Source of the DNA: Fibrobacter succinogenes subsp. succinogenes S85
Lineage (GTDB): Bacteria; Fibrobacterota; Fibrobacteria; Fibrobacterales; Fibrobacteraceae
Direction: 5' to 3'
Assembly (NCBI RefSeq): GCF_000146505.1
Contig: NC_017448.1
Location: forward strand, 1,740,001-1,772,000
Length of the DNA: 32,000 nt
This document shows positions 18,376 through 26,837 of the stretch, piece by piece. Every line of letters begins with the position of its first letter. Position 1 is the stretch's first letter. A program made the translations under genes and the position numbers. The notes below the pieces were generated by a model. It was not told where the DNA came from. It was given only the letters and a program-made list of their open reading frames with translations, and did not search any database.

Positions 18376-18861
18376 TTACATATAATTATTTTCATTCCAG
18401 ACGTTTTGCGGGATTAGCATAAAGAGTTTCGGACTTTCGTTCGTTTCTTTTGCAGAGAATTCCACAACACCATTGGTAAAAGCTTTTACCGTTTTTTCTG
18501 AGTAAAAATCAGGGTACTTCGAAATCCAAGAAGTCGAATCCCATTCAGAACACGTAAAGCAACTAAGAAATTCGCGGAGCTTGGCGACCGTTACAGGAGA
18601 TTCCGTGTCTTCGCAGCGATATTCAGCCACGTCGCAATAAAGAACAATATACGGAGAATCCTTTTTGCAACTGTTTACAAGCAGCCGGCAATGTTCCGTA
18701 GCAGCGAAATCATCCCATTCTTCGCCCACCTCGTCCTTGAAAACGTCAACATCTTCCCACATAGGGCAATTACCGAGTGCGGCAACAATTCGCTCACTAA
18801 GGTCCTTACCTTGCACAACGCAAAACAGGGTTTTTGCTTTTAGAAATTCTTTGATAGTCAT
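18376..18861 (-). CDS. Hypothetical acidic, Cys-rich 161-aa protein
   Basis: The evidence is an open frame, an SD (AAGAGGA) and element copy 1 lying 27 nt upstream. I recognise no domain. Confidence 0.55.
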   Translation of the reverse strand: MTIKEFLKAKTLFCVVQGKDLSERIVAALGNCPMWEDVDVFKDEVGEEWDDFAATEHCRLLVNSCKKDSPYIVLYCDVAEYRCEDTESPVTVAKLREFLSCFTCSEWDSTSWISKYPDFYSEKTVKAFTNGVVEFSAKETNESPKLFMLIPQNVWNENNYM

Positions 18862-18888
18862 GAATCCTCTTTTTTTGAGACTATCAAG

Positions 18889-18931
18889 AATGTAGATTCA
18901 ACGGACGACAATTAACGTCGTCCGACATACC
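18889..18931 (-). promoter_or_regulatory. Island element copy 1 (AATGTA box - N10 - ACGAC N7 GTCGT palindrome)
   Basis: AATGTA lies at 18889-18894. GGACGAC-AATTAAC-GTCGTCC lies at 18903-18923 (7-bp arms). The element is 27 nt upstream of ATG 18861 and 17 nt downstream of the GNAT stop. It shares more than 40 nt with copy 3, differing at only a few positions. Confidence 0.6.
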
Positions 18932-18939
18932 AACAGAAT

Positions 18940-19533
18940 TTAATTTGACAACAGCATCAAATCAAAATACATCATGCGAGTATGCAAAGATGCAGACGAC
19001 TCTATATTCCGATACTGGCACTCCTGTTCTTCAGATGAAAACATGTACCGAAAGCCATTAGCCTCATAAAACGAAAGCGGAATTGGCAGATTGTACGCAT
19101 CAACCACAAGATAACGACACCCGGTCTTGTTATCAGGATCTACAAACCACTGTTTGATATAGTCAAGCAGCTCACTTCCGACATGCTGTTTTTTAAAAGG
19201 AACACCTACGCCAAGTCGGCCAATCAACACAGCAGGATATATCAAATCCCGTTTTTCCCAAGGTAGATTTTTACCAATCTGTTTCTTTCGTGCATTGGGA
19301 AGATAGTTTGTAAAAATACTTGCATTAGATACAGTAAAAGCACAAACTACATCTTTTAAGGTAGATGAATCTACAAAAACATAAGTTTTGCCCATCAGTT
19401 GTTGGCTATACATGACAGCATCCTTAGAAAAGAACGAATCCAAGTCTTCGTTACCACAAGAAAAAGCATTACAACGATTTAAAACTGATGGAGTCAGAGC
19501 CGTGCGAATGCAATTAGATTCTAAAAAGGCCAT
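18940..19533 (-). CDS. GNAT-family acetyltransferase, TacT/KacT/ItaT-like type II toxin candidate
   Basis: The 197-aa protein has F.CGNEDLDSFF near the N-terminus, the acetyl-CoA loop PAVLIGRLGVGVPFKKQHVGSELL, and VVDAYN...FYEANGF. It overlaps a small upstream ORF by 13 nt. Confidence 0.72.
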   Translation of the reverse strand: MAFLESNCIRTALTPSVLNRCNAFSCGNEDLDSFFSKDAVMYSQQLMGKTYVFVDSSTLKDVVCAFTVSNASIFTNYLPNARKKQIGKNLPWEKRDLIYPAVLIGRLGVGVPFKKQHVGSELLDYIKQWFVDPDNKTGCRYLVVDAYNLPIPLSFYEANGFRYMFSSEEQECQYRNIESSASLHTRMMYFDLMLLSN

Positions 19534-19715
19534 TTTCCTTCGGCCCTCAGTTTAGCAATTCGTGCAGCATTGCGCATATCAAACCCACTCCACTCAGAAT
19601 GTTGCCGAGTAAAGTCGATAGATCCGCGGTTACGTTCTGCCTCTTCCGCATTTTTCACGAAAGATTCCGCCACCGCATCCGTCAAAATTGGGATATTGCT
19701 AATTGCTAAGGCCAT
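19521..19715 (-). CDS. Small partner ORF of the GNAT toxin (putative antitoxin), 64 aa from ATG 19715; alternative ATG at 19736
   Basis: A strong SD (TAGGAGAACAAATATG) precedes ATG 19715. The 13-nt overlap with the GNAT gene is typical of TA pairs. The track's 109-aa version (start 19850) runs into a terminator hairpin and is unlikely. The sequence is not obviously DUF1778/RHH. Confidence 0.5.
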   Translation of the reverse strand: MALAISNIPILTDAVAESFVKNAEEAERNRGSIDFTRQHSEWSGFDMRNAARIAKLRAEGKWPF

Positions 19716-19831
19716 ATTTGTTCTCCTAATATACATTTTACCGTTTCGATTTGCAATTCTAAATACCGCCGTTGCCGGAATCCAACTGAATACGAACGTG
19801 TTTTTTCTTGACTCATTTAGCCTCCTAGTTT

Positions 19832-19868
19832 TGAAAAAAAGAAAAAGCATCCGAAATTTTTCGGATGC
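19832..19868 (-). terminator. Rho-independent terminator after the tandem AAA+ gene
   Basis: On the minus strand the stem GCATCCG pairs with CGGATGC (19847-19853 / 19862-19868) and is followed by TTTTTCTTTTTTT. Confidence 0.7.
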
Positions 19869-19955
19869 CTGAGGCCTTTTCTAGGGTCATGCATTAATGT
19901 ATCAATATTTGAATATAGCGACAAGTGCCGATTTGTAACTTTACTGTAAAATAAA

Positions 19956-22259
19956 TTACAGCCCCAATCTGCGTCCTTGATGGTCATCTTTGTTGGCAAT
20001 TTCTTCGAGCATGTTCTGCATAATCAGTTCTCGCGTGCGCAAGTCAGCGGGAACGTAGACAAGTTTACGGCGAACATTTTGGAAATCGCTGATAGACACG
20101 TTATCGCAAGCAAGAACTTCTCTTGGGCATTTATCCCCAAAAAACGATGTCCATGTTTTCGAAACCTGCTTAGAGTCCATATAGTCAAACGCTAGCTTCA
20201 GCTGAAAACGCCGGCGGATCGCCCAATCCAAAACGTTCTCGTAATTCGTGGCTGCAATAAGCATTCCGTTGAACGAATCCATTTGGCATATAAACTCATT
20301 TACCAAAGTCACTTCCCAGTGATTTTTTGCATTACCACGATTTTCAAAAAAGCTATCAGCTTCGTCAATGAAGAGAATAGCATCGCTCTGTTCAGCTTCT
20401 CTGAACATTTCACGAATGTTGCGTTCCGTATCGCCCACAATTCCGCCAAGGATATCGCTTGCACGTTTCACGAGCAAATCGCGACCAAGAATATCTTGAG
20501 CAATATGCTTTGCATAAGCCGACTTCCCCGTTCCCGGAGGACCATACAAAAAGATGTTCAAGTTTTCTCTGCGACCATTCAATGTCGAAGATCGCCATTG
20601 CGCATCAAAATTTTTGAGCATCGGAATGACATAGTCAATATTCTTTATATCCCCGCTAGAAATGCGGACACATTCCATATTGTATTCAAATTCTTTCGCC
20701 TTCTGCGAGCCCATCGATATGCCCAAAAGTTTGGCATGAGACGACGCAATCTCACGCACCACATTCAACGGGGAAAAATCCGCCGCCTGCATCCGCTGCG
20801 CCTGACGCACCGCCAAAGTTATGCTCCCCGCCATCACGGGAATTTCCTTGGCAATATTCTCTATTTCGTCGTTGCACAAAATCGATTCAGCCTGCTGCGC
20901 TTTAAGAACAGACTGCCAAATTGCAACACGTTCTTTATTACTGAACGTAAAAAATTCCAGCGAATAGTCAAACCGGCGACGAGTACTATTTTCAATACAC
21001 GCAATATTATTCGTAATCCAAATAACAGGCGTTTTCAGATTTTCAAAAATGATATTCAGCAAACCTTTCTCCGCCTGATTCAAGACCAAATCAGCTTCGT
21101 CCATCAGAATTATGCCACCACACCGCTCACATTCCCAATCAGCAAGCAACATGGAACGCAAACGAGTCTGCAAAAGGGATTCCTTATCCATAGATTCATC
21201 GCCCATGCCCACAGCAAGCATAGGGACATTCAACTCCTGAGCAAGCGCTTTCGCAAGTTCCGTTTTTCCCGTCCCTTCACGACCGTAAAAAAGAATATTG
21301 AGAGGCGAACCCTTCTGATGAGTTTTCAGCATCTGCAAAACAAAGAACGCCTGCGGATTCGTCTTGACAATTTGCGCATAACCAACGCAAGGTTTTGGCG
21401 CAGTTTTCAAATCCATAATCCTTGATATATCCGAAAAACCAGACAGGAAATCGCTTACCTCGCTCGCCAAATACAGTTCACGCCGCTTGATTTTCAAATC
21501 TGCATTTCGATTCGTTTCCTCCATACGCACCAGCTGAAACTTGATAAGCGCGCTCTCCTTTGAACAGAGTTCATGCAACGTTTCCGGCTCCAACCCAGCA
21601 ATCAAAGAAATTCGCCTAAACGATCCCCGTTCGGACGGATCAAAGTAATCAAACATTTTCGAGATCTTTTCAACCTTAAAAAACATGTTATGATGATCGC
21701 GCAGCCATAAATACAGCACAAGATCCAAGGCTTCATCCGAAAGATGGAAAAGACGCTTCAATTCAAAAGCCCTCTGCATCGACACATCGCTTTCATCGCA
21801 TCCGCCAGCAAGCCAGTTTGCGGAACACTCTTGAATTGACCGAGAAAGCAACAGGCGTGTATAAACATCACCATCGCCCCAATGAGCAACAAAGCTCAGG
21901 AAATGCTTTGCAAAAATGATTCTTCGGCTTTTATGGAATTCTTCAAGAAGATCCTTCGCCTTGTACCACTTATTCTCAATCTCCGTCGTAATTCCAGTAG
22001 GGAGTTCAATGCGTTCACGGGCTTCATACACTCTATCCAAAAAAGTCGCAACGCATTCATCTGTTATATACTTGTCGCAAAAGACCCGACAATCCCCATC
22101 TGGATAATACCGCATAAAGCGGCTCCAAAATTCCATAATTTTCAAGTCCATAAAAGTCGGCTGACCGCTCAGAGACTTTTCAGAGACACCTTCTTTACCA
22201 AGCATTTTGCGCTTATTTTTAAAGTAATTTTCGATTGTATTTTCGTAATGTAACTGCAT
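19956..22259 (-). CDS. Tandem classical AAA+ ATPase (two ATPase modules) with an uncharacterised ~330-aa N-terminal region
   Basis: Module D1 has Walker A YGREGTGKTELAK and Walker B GIILMDEAD. Module D2 has Walker A YGPPGTGKSAYAK, Walker B ILFIDEADSF and a second region of homology (ATNYENVLDWAIRRRF). I place the start at ATG 22259 (MQLHYEN..), which has a GAGG SD. The track's 22343 start would run through element copy 2. Confidence 0.85.
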   Translation of the reverse strand: MQLHYENTIENYFKNKRKMLGKEGVSEKSLSGQPTFMDLKIMEFWSRFMRYYPDGDCRVFCDKYITDECVATFLDRVYEARERIELPTGITTEIENKWYKAKDLLEEFHKSRRIIFAKHFLSFVAHWGDGDVYTRLLLSRSIQECSANWLAGGCDESDVSMQRAFELKRLFHLSDEALDLVLYLWLRDHHNMFFKVEKISKMFDYFDPSERGSFRRISLIAGLEPETLHELCSKESALIKFQLVRMEETNRNADLKIKRRELYLASEVSDFLSGFSDISRIMDLKTAPKPCVGYAQIVKTNPQAFFVLQMLKTHQKGSPLNILFYGREGTGKTELAKALAQELNVPMLAVGMGDESMDKESLLQTRLRSMLLADWECERCGGIILMDEADLVLNQAEKGLLNIIFENLKTPVIWITNNIACIENSTRRRFDYSLEFFTFSNKERVAIWQSVLKAQQAESILCNDEIENIAKEIPVMAGSITLAVRQAQRMQAADFSPLNVVREIASSHAKLLGISMGSQKAKEFEYNMECVRISSGDIKNIDYVIPMLKNFDAQWRSSTLNGRRENLNIFLYGPPGTGKSAYAKHIAQDILGRDLLVKRASDILGGIVGDTERNIREMFREAEQSDAILFIDEADSFFENRGNAKNHWEVTLVNEFICQMDSFNGMLIAATNYENVLDWAIRRRFQLKLAFDYMDSKQVSKTWTSFFGDKCPREVLACDNVSISDFQNVRRKLVYVPADLRTRELIMQNMLEEIANKDDHQGRRLGL

Positions 22260-22286
22260 GGTTTTAACCTCAATTTTGCACCATGC

Positions 22287-22321
22287 AATATAAAAGAAAC
22301 GCACGACAATTAATGTCGTGC
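22287..22321 (-). promoter_or_regulatory. Island element copy 2
   Basis: AATATA lies at 22287-22292. GCACGAC-AATTAAT-GTCGTGC lies at 22301-22321 (perfect 7-bp arms). The element is 27 nt upstream of ATG 22259 and 29 nt downstream of the stop at 22350. Confidence 0.6.
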
Positions 22322-22349
22322 GAGATTTTTTAACAAGCCACACAAAATC

Positions 22350-23567
22350 CTACATGGCTTCATTTGCTTTATTCTCTACTTTCGCCTCATTTACAATTTT
22401 TTCAGTTTTTTTGTACACATCATACAAACCATCCACAATTTGTTTATCATCATTTTCATCTATAGATTGTACAATAATACTCCATTTTTCATTCTGTGAC
22501 AAATCATGAGTCGTTTTTATAACATCTATTTTACCATCAATCAACTTTTTATACAAAGCTTCCCTGGCTCTATCACCATCACCTTGCCATACACTAAGGC
22601 TAATATCAAATTTTTTCTTATTAAAACCAGCCTCTATTCCTAATGCGTATTTAGGATTATTTTCTTCAAAACATCCTTTTAGATAAAAATAACGCCTCTT
22701 ATCCCGAGGATTTATCCAAATCTCTTTCTTCATAAATTCGCAAAAAGTTGCATTTTCCTTTAAGGCAAGAAGATTCTTTATTTTATCAATATGTTGATTA
22801 TTTTCAACTCTTTGTTTTTCCAAAAAAAGATTTCTGCGTTCAATTAGTTGTTCTATAATTCTATTATTTTCATCATTAAGAAAGAAATCTTTTTCATCTT
22901 TAGAAAAATCCGACATATAGCCTCCCTTTCGGTCTAAAAATAAGATAAAATCTGTTAAAACAGGAAGATATTTGGAATTACATTGTGTTAAATAATTACC
23001 TAAATTTTGTTTTAACTTTTCTAAAAACTCTCTATAATAAATCGTTTTAAAATTAGGATTTACATTCTCATATTCAGCCTTTTGACATAAAGCAAAAAGA
23101 ATACACACCGTGTGTAAATCATAACATTCACTTTCATTTTTAACATAATCATAATAATCATTAAAATCATTGTACGCAGGAGCATCAATTTTATTTTCTA
23201 TACACACTTTTAAGCAATCTGTTGTCAACAGTAAATCAATGCGATTCCCTTTTTCAGTATATATTTCTGTTTCAGCACAAACGCTTCGAGTATGCATGAT
23301 ATTTTTCTTATCAAAATTCTCCACTTCTACTGGATACTTTTCTCGATAAGCATCAAAAAGCGAATTAAAAAAAAGAGTTCTAAACCCATGTGGATTTCTT
23401 GAATCAAAGAAAAAAGCGAATATTCTCGAGCATATTTCTTCTAGCCGATTCCACGGATACTCGCACAATTCCAAATAAGTCGGCTCATACATCGGCTTGG
23501 GAAGAAAGTTGTTAAACTTGTTAAGAAGTTCTTTAAACTTTTCAAGCTGATTTTCATCTTTTTCCAT
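22350..23567 (-). CDS. PD-(D/E)XK nuclease family protein (PDDEXK_4-like), 405 aa
   Basis: The core GNRIDLLLTTDCLKVCIENKIDA fits the D...E-x-K pattern. The N-terminal EEICSRIFAFFFDSRNPHGF resembles the E..HS.fLa.LL.P...Hg stretch of this family. It is a paralog of the 24473-25612 protein. The gene is AT-rich. Confidence 0.7.
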   Translation of the reverse strand: MEKDENQLEKFKELLNKFNNFLPKPMYEPTYLELCEYPWNRLEEICSRIFAFFFDSRNPHGFRTLFFNSLFDAYREKYPVEVENFDKKNIMHTRSVCAETEIYTEKGNRIDLLLTTDCLKVCIENKIDAPAYNDFNDYYDYVKNESECYDLHTVCILFALCQKAEYENVNPNFKTIYYREFLEKLKQNLGNYLTQCNSKYLPVLTDFILFLDRKGGYMSDFSKDEKDFFLNDENNRIIEQLIERRNLFLEKQRVENNQHIDKIKNLLALKENATFCEFMKKEIWINPRDKRRYFYLKGCFEENNPKYALGIEAGFNKKKFDISLSVWQGDGDRAREALYKKLIDGKIDVIKTTHDLSQNEKWSIIVQSIDENDDKQIVDGLYDVYKKTEKIVNEAKVENKANEAM

Positions 23568-23612
23568 AAGTAAATCCTCTTAACATTAAATATGATTATA
23601 TCAGACTAGAAG

Positions 23613-23654
23613 AATGTAGATTCAACGCACGACAATTAACGTCGTCAGCATACC
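23613..23654 (-). promoter_or_regulatory. Island element copy 3
   Basis: AATGTA lies at 23613-23618. GCACGAC-AATTAAC-GTCGTCA lies at 23627-23647 (5-bp perfect core). The element is 45 nt upstream of ATG 23567 and 27 nt downstream of the stop at 23674. Confidence 0.6.
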
Positions 23655-23673
23655 TCCTTAACTTTTTTGACAT

Positions 23674-24351
23674 TTATTTCCATAGGGCGCAAATCTTCTG
23701 AATAATCTCTTCCTGTACTTTTCCCTGTGGATGCGGGACGACAATGCAGCAATGCATTTTTCCAGATTCGCCTACTAGGGTAAATTCGCCCGTAGATTCG
23801 TTTTTAGACTTCAATTGACCGCAGGGTTCCCAGCGTTCAAAGAATCGACCAACACCTTTTCCACTTTCGTAGATACCGGTCAAGAAAACGGAAAAACAAG
23901 GATCTAAATCATCCATTTCTGCAAGCAGCAATTGAGCACATTCATTAATCTGTTCACTCCTTAAGCCCTGCGTGGTTCCCTGTTTCGCACGGAAATTAAT
24001 TTTATACAAATCACTCCAATAAAAATCATGGAAAACGTCCGGACCATACGACTCTCCGCGAACTCTTTCAAGAACATGACCGACAACTCGCCAAAAAGGA
24101 GAATCATCATAATAATAACCATCCCTAGATTTGAGCCAGTTCAGTTCATCGTATTCGTAATCGGTCACAAGCGGAACCTTGTCTTGCCCAAGACCGTAAG
24201 TATCACGACCAACGAACATCGGCAACCCTTTCTTAAAGTGGCTTTGCGGACCAACAAAATGCGTCGGCATAATGCCCAAAGCATCGCTATTGGGCAAAGA
24301 TTTCGTCTTTTCGTAAAGGATTTTGTAAAGTTGTTTAACTTGTGGCGTCAT
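23674..24351 (-). CDS. Hypothetical 225-aa protein, possibly uracil-DNA-glycosylase-superfamily fold
   Basis: The coding call rests on the open frame and operon position. The fold idea rests only on FVGRDTYG (compare GQDPYH, motif A) near the N-terminus and VVPHPQG (compare HPSP, motif B) near the C-terminus, in the right order and spacing. This is weak evidence. Confidence 0.55.
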   Translation of the reverse strand: MTPQVKQLYKILYEKTKSLPNSDALGIMPTHFVGPQSHFKKGLPMFVGRDTYGLGQDKVPLVTDYEYDELNWLKSRDGYYYDDSPFWRVVGHVLERVRGESYGPDVFHDFYWSDLYKINFRAKQGTTQGLRSEQINECAQLLLAEMDDLDPCFSVFLTGIYESGKGVGRFFERWEPCGQLKSKNESTGEFTLVGESGKMHCCIVVPHPQGKVQEEIIQKICALWK

Positions 24352-24472
24352 GGTAGAATTCCCTATTTTAAAATTTCATCAAGGTTTTCTTCAATCAAAT
24401 TTTTATTCGTTTGAACGAATTCATCATTTTTAAATTTATAAAAGCCTTATTATTTTCATTTGCATCTAGTTT

Positions 24473-25612
24473 CTAACTAAGCTCTTGAATAGCATCATTC
24501 AATTCTTTTACAAGAGTCGTAAAAGAATCAGGAAGTTTATTGTATTCCAAAGCATCTACAAACGAGCTCTCATTTGGAAATAAAGGTATATTATCTGAGT
24601 AGAATCTCCATTTCATATTTGAGTCATCAACACGAAAACAACTGCATTTCGTTAAAAGTAGCTTTATTATATCATCATCTAACTGATTCGCATTTTTTCT
24701 AAGCAATCCGACTATAAATTTTCCATAATACTCTTTTTGGAACTCAACTGTTAAGAGCCATCGTTCATTGAAAATAATATCAAAACTAGAATACTTTTCC
24801 CAAAGTTTTTCTACATTTGAAATTTTAAAATTCAATTCGTTTGCAAACTGCAACAGCCATTCTTTTATTTTATCAGCAAAACACTTTTTTATTTCTAGCT
24901 GACATTGCATCATATAAAAGAAAAGTTTTAATTTATCTTCTGTACTTGTAAACTCAGACACCAATTCTCTTTTTTCTTCTTGAATCATACCTTGTCCTGT
25001 AAGCTTTAATATTAATTCTCTATATTGATCAATAAGTGAATAAATCCGATATTTTGAATTCGTTTCATCCAAACAACTATTAAGCCACTCTAAAATAAAT
25101 GTATCATAAGAAATACTTTTATACAGATTATTTGGTAAACCATCAAGGCTTTTTGCAGACGGGTCTTTTCCATCTAAAGTCAAATACAACAATTGTGCTT
25201 TAGGATACACATCATGATATTTTGCAAGCTGATTATTTTGATCATCTGCGTAAATTTTATTTTCAATCACAACGCTGTTTTCTTTTTTATCAGTCTCTAA
25301 AAAAATGTCAATAAAGCCTTTGCCATATTTTTCAGATTCAACTTTTTTTTCGCACACCACATTACATAAATCGTCATACCTCAAATTTAATCGTTGAAAA
25401 AATAATTTTAAATATTTTGACGATTGTTTATGAGAACCTTTGGGATTCAACAACTCAGCAATAAAAGCAGAATGTTTTTTTTCTACATTTTCCAATTTTA
25501 GCACTTCAAATACATTGAATAGATCCTTTTCTTTTTTTACATTTTCATATTTTCGTTTAATTGATTCTATTTTCGAAAGCAGATTGGATAATATTTCTGT
25601 ATTAGCATTCAT
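24473..25612 (-). CDS. PD-(D/E)XK nuclease family protein (PDDEXK_4-like), 379 aa from ATG 25612
   Basis: It has NVEKKHSAFIAELLNPKGSHKQSSKYLKLF and the core GFIDIFLETDKKENSVVIENKIYADDQNNQLAKY (D...E-x-K plus QL.(R/K)Y). The track's 25645 start is a TTG; ATG 25612 has an AGGGA SD. Confidence 0.7.
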   Translation of the reverse strand: MNANTEILSNLLSKIESIKRKYENVKKEKDLFNVFEVLKLENVEKKHSAFIAELLNPKGSHKQSSKYLKLFFQRLNLRYDDLCNVVCEKKVESEKYGKGFIDIFLETDKKENSVVIENKIYADDQNNQLAKYHDVYPKAQLLYLTLDGKDPSAKSLDGLPNNLYKSISYDTFILEWLNSCLDETNSKYRIYSLIDQYRELILKLTGQGMIQEEKRELVSEFTSTEDKLKLFFYMMQCQLEIKKCFADKIKEWLLQFANELNFKISNVEKLWEKYSSFDIIFNERWLLTVEFQKEYYGKFIVGLLRKNANQLDDDIIKLLLTKCSCFRVDDSNMKWRFYSDNIPLFPNESSFVDALEYNKLPDSFTTLVKELNDAIQELS

Positions 25613-25647
25613 AGGAATCCCTAAATCAAACTTTTCACAGCCCAAAG

Positions 25648-25785
25648 CTATTTTTTTTCATCTTTCCTCTTTTTTTTCCACTCTTTATACTTTTTAACCC
25701 CCTTTTCAGCGCCTTTTTTGATTCCGAATACAGCAATTAGCGCTTTTACGACTGTAAAAATATCACGTTGAGTAGCCTTATCCAT
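25648..25785 (-). CDS. Unannotated 45-aa ORF: short hydrophobic helix plus a Lys-rich tail
   Basis: It falls below the track's size cutoff, so I translated it by hand: MDKATQRDIFTVVKALIAVFGIKKGAEKGVKKYKEWKKKRKDEKK. A strong SD (AAGGAG) lies 8 nt upstream. The ATG lies 2 nt after the upstream stop, and its own stop lies 36 nt before the next ATG. Confidence 0.5.
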   Translation of the reverse strand: MDKATQRDIFTVVKALIAVFGIKKGAEKGVKKYKEWKKKRKDEKK

Positions 25786-25787
25786 AT

Positions 25788-26837
25788 TTAAACTCCTTCT
25801 AGCAACAATTCCTTTTTATAGGCAATTATTTCCTTACTTTGCATTTCCACTGACTTTAACCATTTTGTTGAAGTATCCAATTTCGGCTTAAAATTATCAA
25901 TCCAATAATTTTCTTTCTTTTCAAACAATCTAAATAAATATTTACCATGCGTTTGACTTCGCATAAGTTCAATTCGATCCTTAGTAAACAATCTCTGAAT
26001 TTTACAACGAATTCGGTTTGATTCTGCCGCTAACGCAGGAAATTCATTTGATTGTTGCAAAAGCAACAACTTAATTTGCCAGGATTCAAACAGAAAAGGT
26101 ATATGCTTTATCAACATATCCATATGTTTTTTCGCTTTACCACGACTATCCCTAAATCCTAGATTTTCACATTTTTCAATTTCATCTTCTAATGAGCGAG
26201 TAATTTCACTTTCCCCACAACATATCAAATGTAAAGCGTTTGTTATTACTTGCATTTTTCTTTCTGGACTTTCTATATGTTGGGCCAAAAACAACTCATT
26301 TTTTGCGGCATCAACTTTTGCAAACCTATCATTCCACTGACCTTTGTATATATCGTCTATAGATTCCTGCATATTTTGCAAAGTTTCCTGAATTGCCGCC
26401 ATTTGAGAAGATAACGAAGCTAAAGCCATCGCCATTTCGGGATTACCCGTAGGCAAAAAACGCTCTTCTAGATCAACTTGTCCGACAAGTTCATTATTTG
26501 TTCCTCGTAAATTTGGAGAAAGAGCATCTCTTGCTGAATTTTTTAACAATTTGGCACCGATCTTCGCCATTTTCATCATTGTTTTTTGAGTGACGCAATA
26601 AATTTTTTCTCCTTTATTTTTTTCAGAAAGAAAATTCACAAGATGCGGACCAAAATTTTTCAAAGTATCATAAGCCAAATTTCTAGCTTCTATTGCAATA
26701 TCTTTTAATGTTTCCGATTGACTATTTTCAATTATCGAAACATCTCCAAGATTTTCATCATTCTCTTGAAGCAATTGCAGCAGTTTATCTTCACAAACCT
26801 GCAAAGATTTGTGATTTTCATTTACATTTTCACTCAT
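25788..26837 (-). CDS. Hypothetical 349-aa, predicted mostly helical protein (no recognised domain)
   Basis: The evidence is a long open frame in an AT-rich segment and a strong SD (AAGGAGTTTTTATG). It is the first gene of a four-ORF string. Confidence 0.65.
   Translation of the reverse strand: MSENVNENHKSLQVCEDKLLQLLQENDENLGDVSIIENSQSETLKDIAIEARNLAYDTLKNFGPHLVNFLSEKNKGEKIYCVTQKTMMKMAKIGAKLLKNSARDALSPNLRGTNNELVGQVDLEERFLPTGNPEMAMALASLSSQMAAIQETLQNMQESIDDIYKGQWNDRFAKVDAAKNELFLAQHIESPERKMQVITNALHLICCGESEITRSLEDEIEKCENLGFRDSRGKAKKHMDMLIKHIPFLFESWQIKLLLLQQSNEFPALAAESNRIRCKIQRLFTKDRIELMRSQTHGKYLFRLFEKKENYWIDNFKPKLDTSTKWLKSVEMQSKEIIAYKKELLLEGV

Noticed and set aside
19911-19935. A possible seventh, degenerate copy of the island element (AATATAGCGACAAGTGCCGATT), which together with the terminator at 19832-19868 might define a ~70-nt sRNA
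   Set aside because: It lacks the invariant 10-nt gap between the box and the half-site and has no second half-site (no GTCG partner). The hairpin downstream is explained more simply as the terminator of the AAA+ gene.
20283-21425. 380-aa plus-strand ORF opposite the tandem AAA+ gene
   Set aside because: It is a shadow ORF, Arg/His/Phe-rich and without motifs. The opposite strand encodes two complete Walker A/B modules.
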